Below the pieces are notes generated by a model that saw only the letters and a list, made by a program, of their open reading frames with translations, had not been told where the DNA came from and made no database searches. From the NCBI GenBank assembly GCA_963674745.2, contig CAXXDV010000003.1, positions 1,696,001-1,760,000 of the forward strand: DNA of 64,000 nucleotides. The letters are read 5' to 3'. Origin of the DNA: Desulfosudaceae bacterium. Its GTDB lineage: Bacteria; Desulfobacterota; Desulfobacteria; Desulfobacterales; Desulfosudaceae. How positions within the stretch are numbered: the stretch's first letter is position 1; the number at the start of each line of letters is the position of its first letter. The translations under genes and the position numbers were made by a program. Of this stretch, positions 9,555 to 19,391 are shown in pieces.

Positions 9555-10740
9555 CTGTCTCCTCCGTAAAGATTGGGGGCCTGTTATTTTTTGTTCCCGA
9601 CGTCTTGAGCCTTCTTAAAAAGGCATCCGCCCTCATTTTTATCCGACCGGTCTCCAGGTGAGAGCCGTAATCCCTTTCAATGACAAGACAAGGAATACCC
9701 AGGGCCTCAAAGTCTCTTTCCAGAACACCGTTTTCCGAACCATGAAGATCGCAAAACCGGATATGCTGCAGAATGATGCCATCAACCTTTGCCCGCCGGG
9801 CTTTTTCCAGCATATAGGCTTTTCGTTTTTTAAACTGACCGATCATTCTGGGGCACTTGACATCGTCAAGATAACCTTTCGCAAGTGCTTCCACCGGATT
9901 GCCGTCTTCTGAAATATGCTGTTCGAAAAATCTTGAGCCGAAACAGATGGTATCGGCCACGATCACGCAGCCCTCATCTTCCATGGCTTTAACGAACTGG
10001 ATATCATCGTTTGTGCTGCCGACAAGCATGAGGCGTTTGCCCTTTATACCGGAGTTGTTTTTCTCAAGGTCGGCCAGGAGTTCTTCCAGCAATGGGATGC
10101 AATCATCAACCGGCATGCCGCTGCAGGCGGTATGAACGGCAAGGGCCGCTTCACCGGACAGAGAGGGTTGATCCTTTATTCGATATTCATCGAGTTTCTT
10201 AAGGAGACCGCGGACCCGGTTAAACTTGCTAATCGATAACTTCAAGTTTTCATCGGTGACATTTACATTGAAGTGGTTTTCAAGTTTTTCGATGTGAATT
10301 TTCATTTCCTCGACAAACCAGTCAATATTGAAGTCCAGAGATTTATGCGGGATGCCGACCATCTCAAAGAAATCAGGCAGGATACCTTCATAGTCTTCAG
10401 CGGCTTTCCGCCAGCAATCATACAATCGCCGCAACGCATCACATCCGGTTGAGGTGACCAGGCCGTCTAAAAAATCGTACTTTCCTTCGCCGGCCATGTG
10501 AAGCATGCTTTTCGGAAAACTGCAAATAACCGCACCATAGTAAGCATCACCGATGGCTGTTGAACCGGCTTCGTTGGCCCTTAACCTGAACCCCATCATT
10601 CCGGCGGCATGGTAGATCTCGCCCATGGGCAGAAACGAGCAATTATAGCCGATTACCTTTCCGCCGTTTTCTTTAAATTTCCGGACATAACGATTATTGG
10701 CGTTGGTTGCGATATCCTTGAAAATATCGATTGCGTCCAC
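9535..10740 (-). CDS. 2-hydroxyacyl-CoA dehydratase / class I aryl-CoA reductase subunit (BzdN/BcrC-like)
   Basis: ICSFPK, GCDALRR, KCPR, RFCDLHG, MRADAF motifs; GTG start overlaps the upstream stop. Confidence 0.85.
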   Translation of the reverse strand: MDAIDIFKDIATNANNRYVRKFKENGGKVIGYNCSFLPMGEIYHAAGMMGFRLRANEAGSTAIGDAYYGAVICSFPKSMLHMAGEGKYDFLDGLVTSTGCDALRRLYDCWRKAAEDYEGILPDFFEMVGIPHKSLDFNIDWFVEEMKIHIEKLENHFNVNVTDENLKLSISKFNRVRGLLKKLDEYRIKDQPSLSGEAALAVHTACSGMPVDDCIPLLEELLADLEKNNSGIKGKRLMLVGSTNDDIQFVKAMEDEGCVIVADTICFGSRFFEQHISEDGNPVEALAKGYLDDVKCPRMIGQFKKRKAYMLEKARRAKVDGIILQHIRFCDLHGSENGVLERDFEALGIPCLVIERDYGSHLETGRIKMRADAFLRRLKTSGTKNNRPPIFTEETDESRVS

Positions 10741-12083
10741 TATTCCCTCCTTACGGTTTTCAAAATATTGGACAGTCTGAGCAGGGCAGATGGTAATTGA
10801 TCCGTATTTTGATTTAAAGATTCCGACAGAAGCTCAACCAACCCGTTAACCAGAGATGGCATCAGTACAGAGACAAACGGATTGATGGCGACAAAAATTT
10901 CTTTTGTCAGCCGGGCAAAAGTGTCTTCAAACGCATCCGTATCAATACCTGAAATGATATTTGAAAGAATTTCTTCTACCAGTCCCGGTTTTGATTTAAG
11001 GACATTGGCCGCAAGAGAAATTGTCAAATCGGCCAGTTCCGATATCTCGTCGGCATCAATATCATTGATGAGACAGGTAATGTTTTCTTGCAGGTCCTGT
11101 TCGGAAAGATTTAATAACAGCTTTATTTTTCTTTTTAATATCCTGACCTGCGAATTGCCGGTCTGCGCTTTTGACACGATTACTTTCCCGATTATTTCAG
11201 GTGATGTTTCAATCCCTTCAAGCATCCCGGCCTGGATAGATTCCTTTAAGCCGGCTCTGGCCGTCATCATTTTAAAATACAGGTCAGGATTTATCCCGGA
11301 AATTGTTTCGGCTGTTTTTACGGATACCGCTTGCTGAAAAAGAGAAACATGCCCGTCACCCTGAAGCAGGCCGCCGGTATTCAGCAATCGCACCAGTTCA
11401 TTTTTCTGATCCAGCAGGGTACCGAGTGCCTTTCCGTCCAACAGGTTAATCAGGCCGGCAATAAAATCGGCCACAAAGTCCGGTGGCAGGTCCTTTTTGT
11501 GATCCAGCACAATATTTAACGCCTCAACCAACAGATTGACCGCTTCAACAATCGAGGGTAAAAGCGCTGCCAGTTTTCCCGTGTGCTGTTCAAGCAGCAT
11601 ATCTGAAAGGGTCCTGGCCAGTAACCGCACGTCATCATGCGATCCGGAAACCATTTCATATAATTCACCAAAATCGATATTTGAGAGAAAATCATCCATA
11701 AACGCGGCGGTATCATCAGCTCGCCGGTCTGCCCGGTGGAATGTTGTTGATTCTGCCGCTTGATTTTTAATCCTCATCTGAACGGTTAAAAACCGGCCCA
11801 GGGCCGATGCCAGGCTGGTATCATCCCGGTCTGAATTGTTGTTGATCGTCTGAAAAATATCGGGCAACAAAGCCAGCAGCTTTTTCGTCAACCATGTTTT
11901 AACTTTACCCTGATGGCCATTGTTCTGAAGCGCTGTCCCGGCGATTAAAAGCGTTCGTCGTTGAATATTTTTATCGGACATTTTCTGCAAAATAATACTG
12001 GTGATCAGTGCGTCGGCTTCAGCCTGCAACCGGTCACTGCCTGAACTGACGGTTGAACCTGAAAATTGCTCTGCCTGCTGCAT
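10740..12083 (-). CDS. Hypothetical, predicted all-helical Leu/Ile-rich protein
   Basis: 447-aa ORF with GGAG RBS inside the operon; no motif recognised. Confidence 0.75.
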   Translation of the reverse strand: MQQAEQFSGSTVSSGSDRLQAEADALITSIILQKMSDKNIQRRTLLIAGTALQNNGHQGKVKTWLTKKLLALLPDIFQTINNNSDRDDTSLASALGRFLTVQMRIKNQAAESTTFHRADRRADDTAAFMDDFLSNIDFGELYEMVSGSHDDVRLLARTLSDMLLEQHTGKLAALLPSIVEAVNLLVEALNIVLDHKKDLPPDFVADFIAGLINLLDGKALGTLLDQKNELVRLLNTGGLLQGDGHVSLFQQAVSVKTAETISGINPDLYFKMMTARAGLKESIQAGMLEGIETSPEIIGKVIVSKAQTGNSQVRILKRKIKLLLNLSEQDLQENITCLINDIDADEISELADLTISLAANVLKSKPGLVEEILSNIISGIDTDAFEDTFARLTKEIFVAINPFVSVLMPSLVNGLVELLSESLNQNTDQLPSALLRLSNILKTVRRE

Positions 12084-12136
12084 ACGCTCCCTCCGCTTAT
12101 CTTAGACTCACACACCGTGACTTTTTCAATGCCGGC

Positions 12137-13864
12137 CTAACCCGATTCAGTCGCGGATTGTTCCAACCCCGACCTCAGTTGCCTTTTTAATATCTTACCG
12201 GCCGCGCTTACCGGAATTTCATCAATGATAACAATTTCACGCACTTTTTTGTAGAAAGCGATCTGACGGTTAACATAATCAGCGAGTTCTTCCCCGGAAA
12301 CAGTCTGACTTTCCTGAACCTGAACAAATGCGACCGGAATTTCACCGGCATCCGCATTTTGCTTTCCCAAAACAGCGCATTGAAGAACAGATGGATGCGT
12401 AAGGAGGATTTCTTCCAATTCCCTTGGATAGACATTATATCCCTTGTAAATAATCATGTCTTTTTTCCGGTCCGTGATATAAAAAAAGCCGTTCTCGTCC
12501 TCTTTTGCGATATCCCCCGTGTAAAGCCAGCCGTCTTTGAGTACCTTTCGGGTTTCATCCGGCCGCTGCCAATACCCCTTCATCACTTGAGGACCGCGAA
12601 TACACAGTTCGCCCTCTTCTCCGGGGTCAAGGTCTTCGCCGGTCTCAATACTGACGACCTTGCACTCGGTATCGAATACCGGAAGGCCTACGGATCCCTG
12701 GCACGTTTTTTCCTTGTCCGGCGGATTGGCGGTTGCGCCCATGGAGCACTCGGTCAGACCATACGCTTCTAAGATGACTCCGGAAAATACCTTTTCCATT
12801 TTATCCAGCAGCGATTGTGAAAGCGGGGCCGCGCCGGAGGCGATAAGTTTTACGCCTGAAAGATCATACGTTTCTATGTCAGGCAGATTCATCAAAGGAA
12901 TAAATAATTGAGGAGCGCCGCCCATTTGCGTGACGTTGTATTTAACAATGGCATCCAGGTAGTCCCTGACTTCAAACCTTGGCTGGACAACCATTGTCAT
13001 CCCTGACACAACTGGAGAATTCAAATATCCGATCGTCCCCATGGCATGAAACCATGGGGCAACAACAATACTGGTCTCCTTGTCTTTAACCATGACCCGA
13101 TCCTTTTCGGGATCGACACCCGGGGGGAATATCGATACCATCAAGCCATCTTCTATACCGACATTGGCCCCGACAAACCAGTTCGTAAACTGAAGGACAT
13201 TGGCCACCACATTATGATGCGTAAGCATTACGCCTTTTGACAGGCCGGTCGTCCCACCGGTATAGGCCAGATGAGCGATGTCGTTATGCACATCGATTGT
13301 AAGCCGGTGTTGTATCGGTTCATACCGGCCCAGCAGTTCCGCCATATCCAGCGTACCGGGGACATCTGTTTTTCCAATTGGTTTTAACGGCGCAATCAAG
13401 GGATTAAAACAATCGGCAATGCTGGTCGTAATCACATGGGAAACGACCGTTTCAGGGATTACATGCTCAATCAACGGATACATCAGGTCAAAGGAGATTA
13501 GGATTTTAGCACCTGAATCATTTAACTGATGAAGCGCTTCCCTGGCGCTGAGCAACGGGCTGAGGGGCGTAAATGTCGCGCCTGTCTTCAATATACCGTA
13601 ATAGGCGATGGCAAACTGCGGACAATTGGGCAAATGGATGGCAACCCGATCACCTGTATTTACCCCCAGGTCAAGGAGTGCGGCGGCAAACCTGTCCGCG
13701 AGTTCATTCAGTTCCTGATAGGTCAACTCCATGCCACCGAATATGATGGCCAGCCGGTTGGGAACCCTTTTGGCTGTCTGCTCCAGGAAAGAAAAAACGG
13801 GTAATTCAGGATAATCAATTGATTTCGGCCAGTTTACCGGCCATGACGCATAATTTTTCCCCAC
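12137..13864 (-). CDS. Long-chain acyl-CoA ligase (AMP-binding family)
   Basis: YTGGTTGLSKG, YGLTE, GWLYTGD, DRKKDMII, GKILKR; GTG start with GGAGG RBS. Confidence 0.93.
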   Translation of the reverse strand: MGKNYASWPVNWPKSIDYPELPVFSFLEQTAKRVPNRLAIIFGGMELTYQELNELADRFAAALLDLGVNTGDRVAIHLPNCPQFAIAYYGILKTGATFTPLSPLLSAREALHQLNDSGAKILISFDLMYPLIEHVIPETVVSHVITTSIADCFNPLIAPLKPIGKTDVPGTLDMAELLGRYEPIQHRLTIDVHNDIAHLAYTGGTTGLSKGVMLTHHNVVANVLQFTNWFVGANVGIEDGLMVSIFPPGVDPEKDRVMVKDKETSIVVAPWFHAMGTIGYLNSPVVSGMTMVVQPRFEVRDYLDAIVKYNVTQMGGAPQLFIPLMNLPDIETYDLSGVKLIASGAAPLSQSLLDKMEKVFSGVILEAYGLTECSMGATANPPDKEKTCQGSVGLPVFDTECKVVSIETGEDLDPGEEGELCIRGPQVMKGYWQRPDETRKVLKDGWLYTGDIAKEDENGFFYITDRKKDMIIYKGYNVYPRELEEILLTHPSVLQCAVLGKQNADAGEIPVAFVQVQESQTVSGEELADYVNRQIAFYKKVREIVIIDEIPVSAAGKILKRQLRSGLEQSATESG

Positions 13865-14010
13865 AATAGTGCCTCCTTGAATGATTTTCAGTATATTTGT
13901 TTATCACTCCTCGTCAGTCGAGGCAGTTGATAATCGTCAAAAGGATATGCAGTGGGATAAGTATTTTAATTGATTTCAAATCGTAACATTAGAAATTGGG
14001 TAACCCCCAG

Positions 14011-14031
14011 TTAGTAACCAATGGTTACCAA
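14011..14031. promoter_or_regulatory. Palindromic operator 2 (probable TetR site)
   Basis: TTAGTAACCAATGGTTACCAA, 20/21 identical to operator 1; abuts minus-strand TTGACA(14053-14058)-N16-TAAATT. Confidence 0.8.
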
Positions 14032-14151
14032 ATTTACTTTTTTTGATACTTTTGTCAACACTTTTTTAAATAAAAAATGAGGGGGCGTTATTTTTTAACG
14101 AATTTTTGAGGTATAAAAGGATTAAGACTTATTATAAAAAAAGTGCCCTGA

Positions 14152-14934
14152 TTAAACCTGATCAGCGGACTGTTGATGTTTTACCATTTCTTCAAGTTCT
14201 GCTTTGATCTTTTTAAACTCATACCGGATTACGAGTCGCATTTCATCCAGCAGCATCTGCCGGAAGACGTCGGGTTTGAATTCCATCGGGGACTGGCTTT
14301 GGGTTTTGGCCGGGGCCTTTTTTTTGACTTTTGAAGGAACCACTTTCGGGGGCGCTTCGACAACCACCGGCGGCACTTTTTTCAGGGCCTCCTTTTTGAT
14401 GATTTCTTCGACTTTTGGCGCGGTTTTGGCGGGAGCTGCGTCCTCTTTCCGCGAACTGGCCAGCTTTCTTTTCAACGCATTAAACTTATCGATCTGTTTC
14501 TGCAGACTGGTATTTCGTTCGGTTTCAGACATTCCCAGCATGAAAACAATGCGTTCCAGCTCGGCAAAAAACTCCCGTAAAAGCTTTACGGATTCAGGGT
14601 GGGATTTTCCTTTTCGCTTTACGATGTATTTGCCCACTGCTTCCATAAGCTGCAAAAATTTAATGACGGTCTCGTCATCCTGGTAATACTCCTTGAGCGT
14701 ATTCAGTTCGTCATGCAGCATCTTCAAAATCTGGTCGGAAATTTCCCAGTCAATGGACCAGATAATCGTTTTAAGGGTACGCAACGGGGACGTTAGGGAA
14801 ATGTTATTCCCGGATTTATAGGACGTTGCGGGGTTTTCTTCCCACTCGAAATGAACATCCGATGGCAGGTTGCTTTCGGACTCAGGCTGTCCGTCTATTG
14901 GCGTGGTCAAGAGACGCTCTCCTAGAAATGGCAT
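14152..14934 (-). CDS. Hypothetical protein downstream of mglB (helical domain, P/K/A-rich linker, C-terminal helix)
   Basis: 260-aa ORF 15 bp after mglB; SIDWEISD segment; low-complexity linker. Confidence 0.7.
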   Translation of the reverse strand: MPFLGERLLTTPIDGQPESESNLPSDVHFEWEENPATSYKSGNNISLTSPLRTLKTIIWSIDWEISDQILKMLHDELNTLKEYYQDDETVIKFLQLMEAVGKYIVKRKGKSHPESVKLLREFFAELERIVFMLGMSETERNTSLQKQIDKFNALKRKLASSRKEDAAPAKTAPKVEEIIKKEALKKVPPVVVEAPPKVVPSKVKKKAPAKTQSQSPMEFKPDVFRQMLLDEMRLVIRYEFKKIKAELEEMVKHQQSADQV

Positions 14935-14948
14935 TTCAACGGGCGTTA

Positions 14949-15347
14949 TTACTTAATCGCCAGAACTTTCTTGATTTTATTAATTGTTTCACTCACGTTC
15001 AGACGTAACAATCCTAAAGAAATATCTTCACCGAAAATTGTTACCAGCAGAAAATCATTACCAACCCGGCTGAAATGGATGTTTTCTTTGTCGCCTTTGT
15101 GAAACATCAGGGGAAAATCCTTCTCGCCAACGACGGTTGCCATGGCTTTGACAGCCGCAAAATTACCCGCTGCAAGAGCGGCCAGCGCGTGGACGTCAAA
15201 ACTGTTGTTGCCATAGTCACAACGGGCAATGATATGCCCTGACATGTCAATCAGCAGAACCATGTGGACATCGAATTTCTCCAGATCTTTCTGAAGAATA
15301 TCGCTGATCAGGTCCAGCTGTTTCTGGTGAAAAGAAATAACTGTCAT
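14949..15347 (-). CDS. mglB: Roadblock/LC7 protein, MglB-like
   Basis: LLID.SG, LAALAAGNFAA, VGEKDF..MFHKG..ENIHFS, F...SLGLLRL closely match MglB. Confidence 0.8.
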   Translation of the reverse strand: MTVISFHQKQLDLISDILQKDLEKFDVHMVLLIDMSGHIIARCDYGNNSFDVHALAALAAGNFAAVKAMATVVGEKDFPLMFHKGDKENIHFSRVGNDFLLVTIFGEDISLGLLRLNVSETINKIKKVLAIK

Positions 15348-15752
15348 AAACCAAATCCTTTATCGCACAGTAATGCACGACAAAAACAAGGCAAAACGTA
15401 CTTTTTATCCGCGATGACGGGTTTAACTGATATTTATTTTGATTTTAAATTGTTAACCGATTTTATGCTGACCTGTCAACTGTTTTGTGAGCCATTCTTT
15501 TTTTATCCCCCAAAATATGGTTAAAAACCTGTATTGAGATGGTAATTGTTCTTTGCGGTGTATTTTGCTGCATCTTGAAGTTGTTGTGAAATACCCGGCA
15601 AAAAGGCCATCAGAACATGACAGATGTAAAAATATTGACACATGCGCCTTCCTGGCGATAAATAGTAAAACATTTCCTGCCATCAACTAAAGTACAGCTT
15701 AAAAGATCGATGGAAACTTAATTTTAACTGTCATTAATAATAGGAGTAACTG

Positions 15753-18700
15753 ATGCCGAAACGGGATGATGTCAACAAGGTTTTAATTATCGGATCCGGG
15801 CCCATTATCATCGGGCAGGCCTGTGAGTTCGACTATTCAGGTACACAGGCGTGTAAAGCCCTGCGCAAGGTGGGATATGAAATCGTACTGGTGAACTCCA
15901 ATCCGGCGACGATTATGACTGACCCCGGTACGGCTGACGCGACCTATATCGAACCGTTGACCGTGGAATACCTGGAACGGATCATTGAAAAGGAACAGCC
16001 GGATGCCCTGCTGCCCAATCTGGGAGGGCAGAACGGGCTGAACCTGTCATCAGAACTGGCACGCCAGGGAATCCTCAAAAAATATGGCGTCAGAATTATC
16101 GGGGTCCAGGAAGAAGCCATCAAGCGCGGAGAAGACCGTGACGCGTTCAAGGAGACCATGAACCGCCTGGGGATTGAAATGCCCAGAAGCGAGGTGACCA
16201 CCACCGTGGAGGGTGCCAAGCGGATTGCCGGAGAACTGGGCTACCCCGTGGTTGTTCGCCCGGCGTACACCATGGGAGGCACGGGCGGCGGCATGGTCTT
16301 CAACGTCGAGGAACTGGAAACCATTACCACGCGTGGCCTGGCCGCCAGCCTGGTAAACCAGGTGCTCATTGAGGAATCTGTGCTGGGATGGGAAGAACTC
16401 GAGCTTGAAGTGGTGCGAGACGCCAAAAACCAGCGGATAACCGTCTGTTTTATCGAAAACGTCGATGCCATGGGTGTTCATACCGGTGACTCTTTCTGTA
16501 CCGCCCCCATGTTGACCATCAGCGAAGAGCTTCAGAACAGGCTCCAGAAACACTCCTATGACATTGTGGAAGCTATTGAAGTTATTGGCGGAACCAACAT
16601 TCAGTTCGCCCATGACCCGAAGACCGGCCGCGTGGTGGTGATCGAAATCAACCCGCGTACGTCACGGAGTTCGGCACTGGCCTCCAAGGCCACGGGTTTT
16701 CCCATCGCCTATATTTCCAGTCTGCTGGCGGCAGGCCTGACACTGGACGAAATTCCCTACTGGCGGGACGGTACCCTGGAAAAATATACACCCTCCGGAG
16801 ACTATGTCGTTGTCAAATTCGCCCGCTGGGGTTTTGAAAAATTTCCCGATGCCCAGGATGTACTGGGCACTCAGATGCGGGCGGTGGGCGAGGTCATGTC
16901 CATCGGGAAAAACTACAAGGAAGCCTTCTTAAAAGCGATCCGTTCGCTGGAGACAGGACGTTATGGATTGGGCTTTGCCGGAGATTTCAACTCAAAGATA
17001 CTGGGCGAACTGATGGAGATGCTGGTCAGCCCGACCTCAGAACGTCAGTTCATCATGTACGAAGCCCTGCGAAAGGGAGCAGATATCGATGAGCTGTTTG
17101 AAAGGACCCATATCAAGCGCTGGTTTATCGAACAGATGAAAGAGCTGGTTGACCTGGAAGAGAAAATACTGGCCGGTAAGGGGCAGGCACTGCCGGATGA
17201 CCTGCTGGTCCAGGCCAAAAAGGACGGCTTTGCCGATCGATATATCGCCCTTCTGCTTGAGATAAAAGAGGCTGATGTCCGGTCACAGCGGATTGGGCTT
17301 GGCATGACCGAGGCCTGGGAGCCTGTGCCGGTATCCGGCGTTGAAGATGCGGCCTATTATTTTTCCACCTATAACGCCCCGGACAAAGTCCCTTCCGAAA
17401 CCGGCCGCAAAATCCTGGTGCTCGGTGGTGGCCCCAACCGCATCGGCCAGGGCATCGAATTTGATTATTGCTGTGTACATGCCGCCTTTGCCCTGCGTGA
17501 TGCCGGATACACCTCGATTATGGTAAACTGCAACCCGGAGACGGTTTCAACGGACTATGACACGGCCAACCGGCTCTATTTCGAACCCCTGACCGTTGAA
17601 GACGTTCTGTCTATATATGAAAAAGAAAAGCCGGAAGGCGCGATCGTGCAGTTCGGTGGACAAACGCCGCTGAACATTGCCGGTGAACTGGCGGCCGCCG
17701 GGGTTCCCATCCTGGGCACCTCCCCGGAAAGTATTGACCTGGCTGAAGACCGGGACCGGTTCCGCAAAATGATGGAAGAGCTGAACATTCCCATGCCCGA
17801 GGCCGGTATGGCCAGCACCCTTGAAGAGGCGCTGGTTGTGGCTGACCGGATCGGGTACCCCTTGATGGTCCGTCCGTCTTACGTCCTTGGCGGCCGTGGT
17901 ATGGAAGTCGTTTACGATCAGGAAATGCTGGAACATTACGTCCGTCAAGCCGTTGGTGTCACACCGGAGCGTCCCATTCTCATTGACAAATTCCTGTCCA
18001 ATGCCATCGAAGCCGAAGCCGACGCCCTTTCAGACGGAAGCGATGTTTTCGTGCCGGCCGTGATGGAGCATATTGAACGGGCCGGCATCCATTCAGGCGA
18101 TTCGGCCTGCGTGATTCCACCCATCAGCATACCGGAAAAGCACATCGAGACGATCCGGGAATATACCATGAAAATCGCCAGCTCGCTGAACGTGGTTGGA
18201 CTGATGAACATGCAGTATGCCATCCACGATGATCGGGTCTATGTCCTGGAAGCCAACCCCCGGGCTTCACGAACCGTCCCCCTGGTCTCCAAGGTCTGCT
18301 GCGTTTCCATGGCCAACCTGGCCACCCGCCTCATGCTGGGCGAAAAGCTGGCTGATCTGAAACTCGAGAACAAGAGCATACCGCATTTCGGGGTCAAGGA
18401 AGCGGTTTTCCCATTTAATATGTTCCCCGAGGTTGACCCGGTTCTGGGGCCTGAGATGCGGTCCACGGGCGAAGTCCTCGGCATGGCCGGTTCATTCGGC
18501 CTGGCATACTACAAGGCCCAGGAAGCAGCCGGCCAGAAGCTGCCGCTGGAAGGAACGGTGCTGATCACCGTAACTGACAACAATAAACCCGAAGCACTTG
18601 AATTTGCGAGAAAAATGAAAGGGGAAGGGTTCCGGATCATGGCAACCGAAGGGACCTGTAAATACCTGGTGGACAACGGTGTGGAAGCAGCACATATCAA

Positions 18701-18953
18701 GAAACTCCACGAAGGGCGGCCCAACATCGTCGATGCCATTAAAAACGCTGAAATTCAGATGGTTGTCAACACCCCGGCCAGCCGGGAAAGCCAGTTTGAC
18801 GATTCCTATATCCGCAAATCGGCTATTAAATTCAAGGTCCCGTATATCACCACGACTGCAGCGGCGATTGCCTCCGCGCGCGGTATCACCGAAACGCGGA
18901 AAAATACCGGCTCCATTAAACCCCTGCAGGCATATCATGCAAGCCTGAAATAA
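15753..18953 (+). CDS. carB: Carbamoyl-phosphate synthase large subunit
   Basis: MPKR..., GSGPIIIGQACEFDYSGTQA, GPNRIGQGIEFDYCCVH, C-terminal MGS domain; 1066 aa. Confidence 0.98.
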   Translation: MPKRDDVNKVLIIGSGPIIIGQACEFDYSGTQACKALRKVGYEIVLVNSNPATIMTDPGTADATYIEPLTVEYLERIIEKEQPDALLPNLGGQNGLNLSSELARQGILKKYGVRIIGVQEEAIKRGEDRDAFKETMNRLGIEMPRSEVTTTVEGAKRIAGELGYPVVVRPAYTMGGTGGGMVFNVEELETITTRGLAASLVNQVLIEESVLGWEELELEVVRDAKNQRITVCFIENVDAMGVHTGDSFCTAPMLTISEELQNRLQKHSYDIVEAIEVIGGTNIQFAHDPKTGRVVVIEINPRTSRSSALASKATGFPIAYISSLLAAGLTLDEIPYWRDGTLEKYTPSGDYVVVKFARWGFEKFPDAQDVLGTQMRAVGEVMSIGKNYKEAFLKAIRSLETGRYGLGFAGDFNSKILGELMEMLVSPTSERQFIMYEALRKGADIDELFERTHIKRWFIEQMKELVDLEEKILAGKGQALPDDLLVQAKKDGFADRYIALLLEIKEADVRSQRIGLGMTEAWEPVPVSGVEDAAYYFSTYNAPDKVPSETGRKILVLGGGPNRIGQGIEFDYCCVHAAFALRDAGYTSIMVNCNPETVSTDYDTANRLYFEPLTVEDVLSIYEKEKPEGAIVQFGGQTPLNIAGELAAAGVPILGTSPESIDLAEDRDRFRKMMEELNIPMPEAGMASTLEEALVVADRIGYPLMVRPSYVLGGRGMEVVYDQEMLEHYVRQAVGVTPERPILIDKFLSNAIEAEADALSDGSDVFVPAVMEHIERAGIHSGDSACVIPPISIPEKHIETIREYTMKIASSLNVVGLMNMQYAIHDDRVYVLEANPRASRTVPLVSKVCCVSMANLATRLMLGEKLADLKLENKSIPHFGVKEAVFPFNMFPEVDPVLGPEMRSTGEVLGMAGSFGLAYYKAQEAAGQKLPLEGTVLITVTDNNKPEALEFARKMKGEGFRIMATEGTCKYLVDNGVEAAHIKKLHEGRPNIVDAIKNAEIQMVVNTPASRESQFDDSYIRKSAIKFKVPYITTTAAAIASARGITETRKNTGSIKPLQAYHASLK

Positions 18954-18970
18954 TTCATTTTCATAAGTAC

Positions 18971-19006
18971 GGGCCTGCCGGGTGTTCTGCCCGGCAGGCC
19001 TTTTTT
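18971..19006 (+). terminator. Intrinsic terminator of carB
   Basis: GGGCCTGCCGGG-loop-CCCGGCAGGCC followed by T6. Confidence 0.85.
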
Positions 19007-19028
19007 ATTCCAGCGTCATAAAAGTAAA

Positions 19029-19168
19029 GGGTATCTCTAAAATTAGAATTTTGGTTCGAGGTCAAGGCGTGCGAAAATTTTAACCGGGGGAATACATTAA
19101 GTATTTCGAGGATTAAAATTTGAGCACAACGCCGACATCGGGCTAAAAGGCAATTTTTAGAGGTGCCC
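19029..19168. mobile_element. 140-bp MITE / ERIC-like palindromic element
   Basis: Imperfect terminal inverted repeats GGGTATCTCTAAAA / TTTTAGAGGTGCCC, TAAA direct repeats on both sides, nested internal palindromes. Confidence 0.7.
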
Positions 19169-19391
19169 TAAAAAAGTTGACGCTAAAAATCGTCCCTGTT
19201 ATAGATAATGACCGGGTTAACCGTTCCTTTTTTCTTTTTTTTCTTGTCCTTCAACAGGATGCTTACATGAAGTGTCGGTGCTCGATTAGATATAATTGTG
19301 CAGAACGGATCAATTCATGCGCGCAAGTAACTGCCCCTGGCGTTTGCGATGATCAGGACGTCGTGTTGCCGGCTGGCCCGGTGACTGCCGG

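Noticed and set aside
15753..18953. carB without an adjacent carA
   Set aside because: Split carA/carB arrangements are common; the gene is intact
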